Part shown: positions 9,026 through 13,346 of the stretch, piece by piece
Layout of the letters: each line of letters starts with the position of its first letter
Position numbering within the stretch: position 1 is the stretch's first letter
Origin: Armatimonadota bacterium
GTDB lineage: Bacteria; Armatimonadota; Zipacnadia; Zipacnadales; UBA5352
Assembly (NCBI GenBank): GCA_034722055.1
Contig: JAYENL010000057.1
Span: 1 to 13,346, forward strand
Direction of reading: 5' to 3'
DNA length: 13,346 nucleotides
Position numbers and translations under genes: made by a program
Notes under the pieces: generated by a model
Told to the model about the DNA's origin: nothing
Database searches by the model: none
What the model saw: only the letters and a program-made list of their open reading frames with translations

Positions 9026-9796
9026 ATGATGAAGCGGCGAGGCTTCACCCTGATCGAGTTGCTCGTAGTGATCGCGATTATGTGACCGCTGAAAAAGGTG
9101 GATTGGGAAGAATGTGATCCACGCAGCGCCCTGAGGATCGCCACAGCGCCGCGCCGATATTCAGTTTCCGGCTTTTTCAGCGGTCACATTATCGCGATCC
9201 TGGCGGCGATCCTCTTCCCGGTGTTCGCGAGGGCCCGGGAGAAGGCGCGACAAGCGAGCTGTTCCTCCAACCTCAAGCAGATCGGTACGGCCATCCTGAT
9301 GTACAGCCAGGACTACGACGAAAGACTGCCGGATCACTGTGGGCAGAAAACCGCTGCCTGCTGGGCGGTGTCCATCTACCCCTACATCAACAACGCCCAG
9401 ATCTATGCCTGCCCGAGCAGCAGCGCCAATACCAGCACTTTCGGCATCTGGCGCGACAGTCCGAACGGCCCCAGACACGACTTCCAGCCCCGGCTTCCCC
9501 GGTCCTACGGCTGGAACCTAATGCTCGACTGCGACAATCTCGCGGACGTTCGCCGGCCGGCCCAGGTCATTCTGGTAGCCGACAGTATGGGCGGGAGGGG
9601 CTGGATCGCTCCCATGCACCGCTGCATCGGCTTCGAGGATCTGGGGGCCACCGCAAACTGCGCCAGCAAGTACGCCGGCATGTGGATCAACCATAACGAT
9701 GGGATCAACATGGCATTCGGCGACGGACACGCCAAGTGGATGAGTGGCAATACTGTCATCAGCGCCTTCGACGCCGGGTCGCTCAAGCCCCAGTAA
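9026..9796 (+). pseudogene. DUF1559 / H-X9-DG prepilin-type N-terminal cleavage-methylation protein, interrupted by a MITE (219 aa if the 111-bp insert is removed)
   Basis: GAGGTG RBS, then [18 protein letters not shown]; insert with TGA at 9083-9085; the frame resumes as [30 protein letters not shown]...HNDGINMAFGDGHAKW...stop. No other lesions are visible. Confidence 0.9.
9081..9188. mobile_element. Non-autonomous miniature inverted-repeat element (MITE), 106-108 bp
   Basis: Perfect 17-bp terminal inverted repeats TGTGACCGCTGAAAAAG (9081-9097) / CTTTTTCAGCGGTCACA (9172-9188), flanked by TTA duplications. An equivalent reading is 16-bp IRs with an ATTAT duplication (9077-9081, 9188-9192). 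Removing 111 bp restores the conserved VIAIIAIL motif. Confidence 0.92.
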
Positions 9797-9802
9797 CGGC
9801 GA

Positions 9803-9820
9803 CGGCAGCCACCTCTGCCG
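9803..9820 (+). terminator. Hairpin just after the stop of prepilin gene 1
   Basis: CGGCAG-CCACCT-CTGCCG, 6 nt after TAA. No U-tract. Confidence 0.3.
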
Positions 9821-9996
9821 CTGTGCGGCTGATGGCTCAGTCACGAATGCTCCTGCGTGCCATTGACGCAGGCCGGCGGGATGATGCCCTGTGGCGAGAC
9901 GGCGAGTGCGGCAGGTTCCAGCCATCCTGCTGACGCTCAGCATCTCGGTGGGCTAGCATCGCCGCGCTGAACTGGACATGATCGACAGATCCGTAT

Positions 9997-10306
9997 CGGC
10001 GGCCGGCGCCACTCGCGCCGCCCGCGTCACGTTCACCGGCGACGCCTCAGCCACAGAAGTGGCTGCGGAGGACGGGGCTTAAAGATTCTTCGATTCGCGG
10101 AAGGACCTTGCGGAGCCGGGGGAGAAGTAGTCAGTGGAGCTGTCAAATCGATGTTGGAGGTGAGTCGGATGCGACGAGGCTTCACACTTATCGAGCTGCT
10201 GGTGGTGATTGCGATTATCGCCATCCTGGCAGCGATCCTGTTCCCGGTCTTCGCTCGAGCCCGGGAGAAGGCGCGACAGGCCAGTTGTCTGAGCAATGTG
10301 AAGCAG
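9997..10306 (+). repeat. Direct repeat copy 1: 172-bp leader plus the first 46 codons of prepilin gene 2
   Basis: Ungapped match to 10928-11237 (offset 931). By hand count, 12 mismatches in the 172-bp leader and 13 synonymous differences in the 138 coding bp. Confidence 0.95.
10100..10127 (+). promoter_or_regulatory. sigmaH-like promoter motif GAAGGA-N18-GAAG for prepilin gene 2
   Basis: GAAGGA ccttgcggagccggggga GAAG, 41 nt before ATG 10169. Confidence 0.65.
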
Positions 10307-10903
10307 CTTGCCCTAGGCGTCATGATGTACGCGCAGGACTACGACGAGACCTTCCCGTGTTGGGCCCGGTGGTATCCGTCGAGGTACAACGCCGGCGATG
10401 GGTTCGCGGATCCGTCGGTGAACACGTCGCCGCAATCGCCCCCACTGGCCATCTACCCGTACGTGAAGAACCTCGCGGTTTACGTTTGCCCGTCCGGGGC
10501 GGCGGCCCCCTCAGGAGGGTATGGCACGTACAACACCTACTGGAAGTTCCCCGGACCGGCCAGTCGGGGATATGGCTTCAGGGATGCCATCTTCGGTCGG
10601 GCGGTGACCACTTTTCCAGTTGCCACGCGCGTGGCGGACCTCAGTCACCCCGCGACCACTGTGATGCTGGGGGACTCGGCGCACATGTTCGGCGGAAAGG
10701 GCGCGCTCATCTGGTCGAATGTGTGCTGCGACGGAAGCTGGACGACCAGCCCGCTGGACGGTATTGGGTTTAACGGTGAGCCGGTTGACGACAGCGAGGT
10801 CTCTCGGCACAACGGCGGAGAGAACTATGGCTTCGCCGACGGCCACGCCAAGTGGGTGCAGGCGCGCACGGCCCTGAACACTCCCGAGTACTGGGAGCGG
10901 TGA
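10169..10903 (+). CDS. DUF1559 / H-X9-DG prepilin-type N-terminal cleavage-methylation protein (244 aa)
   Basis: GGAGGTG RBS at 10156-10162. Class III signal [40 protein letters not shown], plus [13 protein letters not shown] and [16 protein letters not shown]. Confidence 0.95.
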   Translation: MRRGFTLIELLVVIAIIAILAAILFPVFARAREKARQASCLSNVKQLALGVMMYAQDYDETFPCWARWYPSRYNAGDGFADPSVNTSPQSPPLAIYPYVKNLAVYVCPSGAAAPSGGYGTYNTYWKFPGPASRGYGFRDAIFGRAVTTFPVATRVADLSHPATTVMLGDSAHMFGGKGALIWSNVCCDGSWTTSPLDGIGFNGEPVDDSEVSRHNGGENYGFADGHAKWVQARTALNTPEYWER

Positions 10904-10929
10904 GCCGCTGAAAGAACGGGACACCGACG

Positions 10930-10956
10930 GCGGGCGGCGCCACTCGCGCCGCCTGC
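10930..10956 (+). terminator. GC-rich hairpin after prepilin gene 2, homologous to 9999-10025 and 11779-11807
   Basis: GCGGGCGGCGC-CACTC-GCGCCGCCTGC, an 11-bp stem 26 nt after the stop. No U-tract. Confidence 0.5.
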
Positions 10957-11030
10957 GTCACGTTCAGCGGCGACGCCTCACGCAGAGAAGTGGCTGCGGA
11001 GGACGGGGCTTAAAGATTCTTTGATTCGCG

Positions 11031-11058
11031 GAAGGACCTTGCGGAGCCGCGGGAGAAG
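11031..11058 (+). promoter_or_regulatory. sigmaH-like promoter motif GAAGGA-N18-GAAG for prepilin gene 3
   Basis: GAAGGA ccttgcggagccgcggga GAAG, 41 nt before ATG 11100. Confidence 0.65.
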
Positions 11059-11099
11059 TAATCAGTGGAGCTGTCAAATCCATGTTGGAGGTGAGTTCG

Positions 11100-11753
<654 letters not shown>

Positions 11754-11778
11754 CGGCCTGACTGACGGGATGTAACGA

Positions 11779-11807
11779 GCGGGCGGTGCCTTCCTGGCGC
11801 CGCCCGC
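11779..11807. terminator. GC-rich hairpin between convergent prepilin gene 3 and the MFS gene
   Basis: GCGGGCGGTGCC-TTCCT-GGCGCCGCCCGC, a 12-bp stem 25 nt after TAG. Confidence 0.55.
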
Positions 11808-11819
11808 CATCATGTCCGA

Positions 11820-13013
11820 TCACGTCGCGGGGAGCGCGTCATCGGCATCAGCGCGCTCGGGCACCCAGAGGCCCAGGATGCCCGCGACGGCCGGCACCCA
11901 GGCGATCACCATCAGCGTGGGGATGAGCCCCACCGTGTCCGCCGCGGCTCCCGCAAGCGGCATCATCAGCCCACCCACGCCCCACGCCGCGCCCATGGTC
12001 AGCGACGAGGCGACCCCCTGGGCGCCGGGCATCAGCTCCTGGCCCTGCACGATGTTCACCGACACCGCCGCCTGCGCCAGCAGGTTCGCCAGCGGCAGCA
12101 GAGCATAGCCTGCCGGCAGTCCCATGCGCAGGAACAGCCACAGCAGCGGCGCGGAGGCCAGCAGTGAAACCACAGTCACGGCACGCCGGCCCAGGTGGTC
12201 GCTGGCCCAGCCGCCGGCGAAGTTCCCGACCCCGCCGGCGACGATCATCCCCGAGAGCAGGTAGGCCCCCGCTCGTACCGAGCCGCCCCACTGCTTGACC
12301 AGCAGCGCCACGAAGTTGATGAACACGATGATGACCATCGCCCGCAGCGACACCAGCGCAAACAGCACGGAGACCCTCCGCAGATGCGGCAGCACGTGCC
12401 TGCGCAGGCGCATGGGCTCCAGAGAGGTCGCCGAGTAGCGCCGCCCGGGGTGCATAGCCCAGACGATGGCCCCGGTGACGCCGCCCAGGACCGTCGCCCC
12501 GAACAGCCCCGGCCACGAGAAGCGCTCGTAGAGCAGGCCTGCCAGCAGCGCCCCGCCGCCGTAGCCCAGCGCGCCGCCGGCCGAGAACAGCGCCATGCCG
12601 AGGCCTTTGCGCCGGCGGCTGACCTGCCCGGCGAGCGTGGCCCCCTGCGGATGAAACAAGGCCGTGCCGATCCCCGCGATGATGTAGAGGGTGCCGAACA
12701 GCACGACATGCTCGGGCAGGCTGCACAGCCCCACGAACAGCCCGGCCAGCGCCGGCCCCACCGCCACCATGTGCGGCACGCGGAAGCGATCGCCCAGGTA
12801 CCCGAACAGCGGCTGGCCGAAGTTGGTGGTGATCGACACCAGCCCGGTCAGCACGCCGATGTCGGTGGCCGACAGGTCCAGCCGAACCTGCAGCTCGCTC
12901 CACAGGGGTGGGATGAAGTTGATGCAGCCGTCGGCGACGGCGTGACCCAGCACCAGCGCTGCCAGCGCCGCGATCCGAGGGCTGACGCGCCCGGTTGGAG
13001 GCGTCTCAGACAT
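11820..13013 (-). CDS. MFS transporter, Fsr (fosmidomycin resistance)-like family, 397 aa
   Basis: About 12 hydrophobic segments. 'GHAVADGCINFIPPL', 'QPLFGYLGDRF', 'GIGTALFHPQG', 'GLGMALFSAGGALG' and 'GGWASDHLGRR' are MFS motif A and Fsr-type signatures. Confidence 0.92.
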   Translation of the reverse strand: MSETPPTGRVSPRIAALAALVLGHAVADGCINFIPPLWSELQVRLDLSATDIGVLTGLVSITTNFGQPLFGYLGDRFRVPHMVAVGPALAGLFVGLCSLPEHVVLFGTLYIIAGIGTALFHPQGATLAGQVSRRRKGLGMALFSAGGALGYGGGALLAGLLYERFSWPGLFGATVLGGVTGAIVWAMHPGRRYSATSLEPMRLRRHVLPHLRRVSVLFALVSLRAMVIIVFINFVALLVKQWGGSVRAGAYLLSGMIVAGGVGNFAGGWASDHLGRRAVTVVSLLASAPLLWLFLRMGLPAGYALLPLANLLAQAAVSVNIVQGQELMPGAQGVASSLTMGAAWGVGGLMMPLAGAAADTVGLIPTLMVIAWVPAVAGILGLWVPERADADDALPAT

Positions 13014-13060
13014 GACTCGATGGCGACCTCACGCGGCAGCGGCTGGTGAGGAGGTGGTCT

Positions 13061-13087
13061 CTTCCCCGGTGCGCGCTGAACTCCTGC
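13061..13087 (-). promoter_or_regulatory. sigmaH-like promoter motif GCAGGA-N17-GAAG for the MFS gene
   Basis: Minus strand reads GCAGGA gttcagcgcgcaccggg GAAG, 47 nt before ATG 13013. Confidence 0.6.
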
Positions 13088-13115
13088 AACTGCTCGCCGG
13101 GGATCGCCCCGAGGC

Positions 13116-13346
13116 CAACGGCGGGCCGGACAGTGGTCCGGCCCCTCCATACGAGCAACAGACGATGCCGTTCCGTGGCACGGACACTCCTGTCCGTGCG
13201 CCGTCTGCCGTTGTCAAGACAACGGCGGGCCGGACAGTGGTCCGGCCCCTCCATACGAGCAACAGACGATGCCGTTCCGTGGCACGGACACTCCTGTCCG
13301 TGCGCCGTCTGCCGTTGTCAAGACAACGGCGGGCCGGACAGTGGTC
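13116..13346. repeat. Perfect 104-bp tandem repeat (at least 2.2 copies, cut by the window end) built from REP-like hairpins; BIME-like
   Basis: Identical units start at 13116, 13220 and 13324. Hairpins: GGGCCGGAC-AGTG-GTCCGGCCC (13123-13144), GCACGGACA-CTCC-TGTCCGTGC (13178-13199), and GCCGTTGTC-AA-GACAACGGC across the unit junction (13207-13226). Confidence 0.93.

Noticed and set aside
9083..9085. TGA read as selenocysteine or as a sign of an alternative genetic code
   Set aside because: TGA ends other genes here. The codon lies in a transposon IR, and readthrough would put 37 largely polar residues into the pilin transmembrane helix.
9098..9796. 232-aa ORF 'MDWEECD...' as an independent gene
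   Set aside because: Its first ~30 residues are translated MITE sequence. The real gene starts at 9026/9029.
10904..10971. Integron attC sites between the prepilin genes
   Set aside because: The ends (GCTGAAA...GTTCAGC) do not fit RYYYAAC/GTTRRRY. The outer stem is missing after gene 3, the genes have their own promoters, and no integrase is in view.
3670..11099. ORF-track starts at 3670, 8908, 10151 and 11082
   Set aside because: Downstream ATGs (3868, 8767, 10169, 11100) have GGAGGT RBSs and give proper N-termini. The longer versions would run through promoter motifs or the RBS.
13116..13346. CRISPR array, or small ORFs 13006-13254 and 13029-13262
   Set aside because: The units are wholly identical with no unique spacers and no cas genes nearby. 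The 104-bp period is not a multiple of 3, so the ORFs are repeat artefacts.

Overview
High-GC bacterial window. The '[13 protein letters not shown]' style of its prepilin-like genes suggests Armatimonadota (inference). It holds a divergent pair of large secreted, probably glycan-active proteins (206-3727 minus; 3868-7020 plus), a Cys-type arylsulfatase (7052-8767 minus), three tandem DUF1559/H-X9-DG prepilin-type genes (9026-11753 plus), an Fsr-like MFS transporter (11820-13013 minus) and a perfect 104-bp REP/BIME-like tandem repeat running off the right edge. Three signals stand out. (1) All seven genes have the same G(A/C)AGG(A/T)-N17/18-GAA(G/A) sigmaH-like promoter motif 21-49 nt before the start codon. 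(2) The first prepilin gene is interrupted, in frame, by a MITE sitting at the centre of a palindrome (111 bp including the target duplication, with a single stop codon). (3) Prepilin genes 2 and 3 are modular units whose 172-bp non-coding leader is better conserved than their synonymous sites, while the C-terminal bodies are highly diverged.
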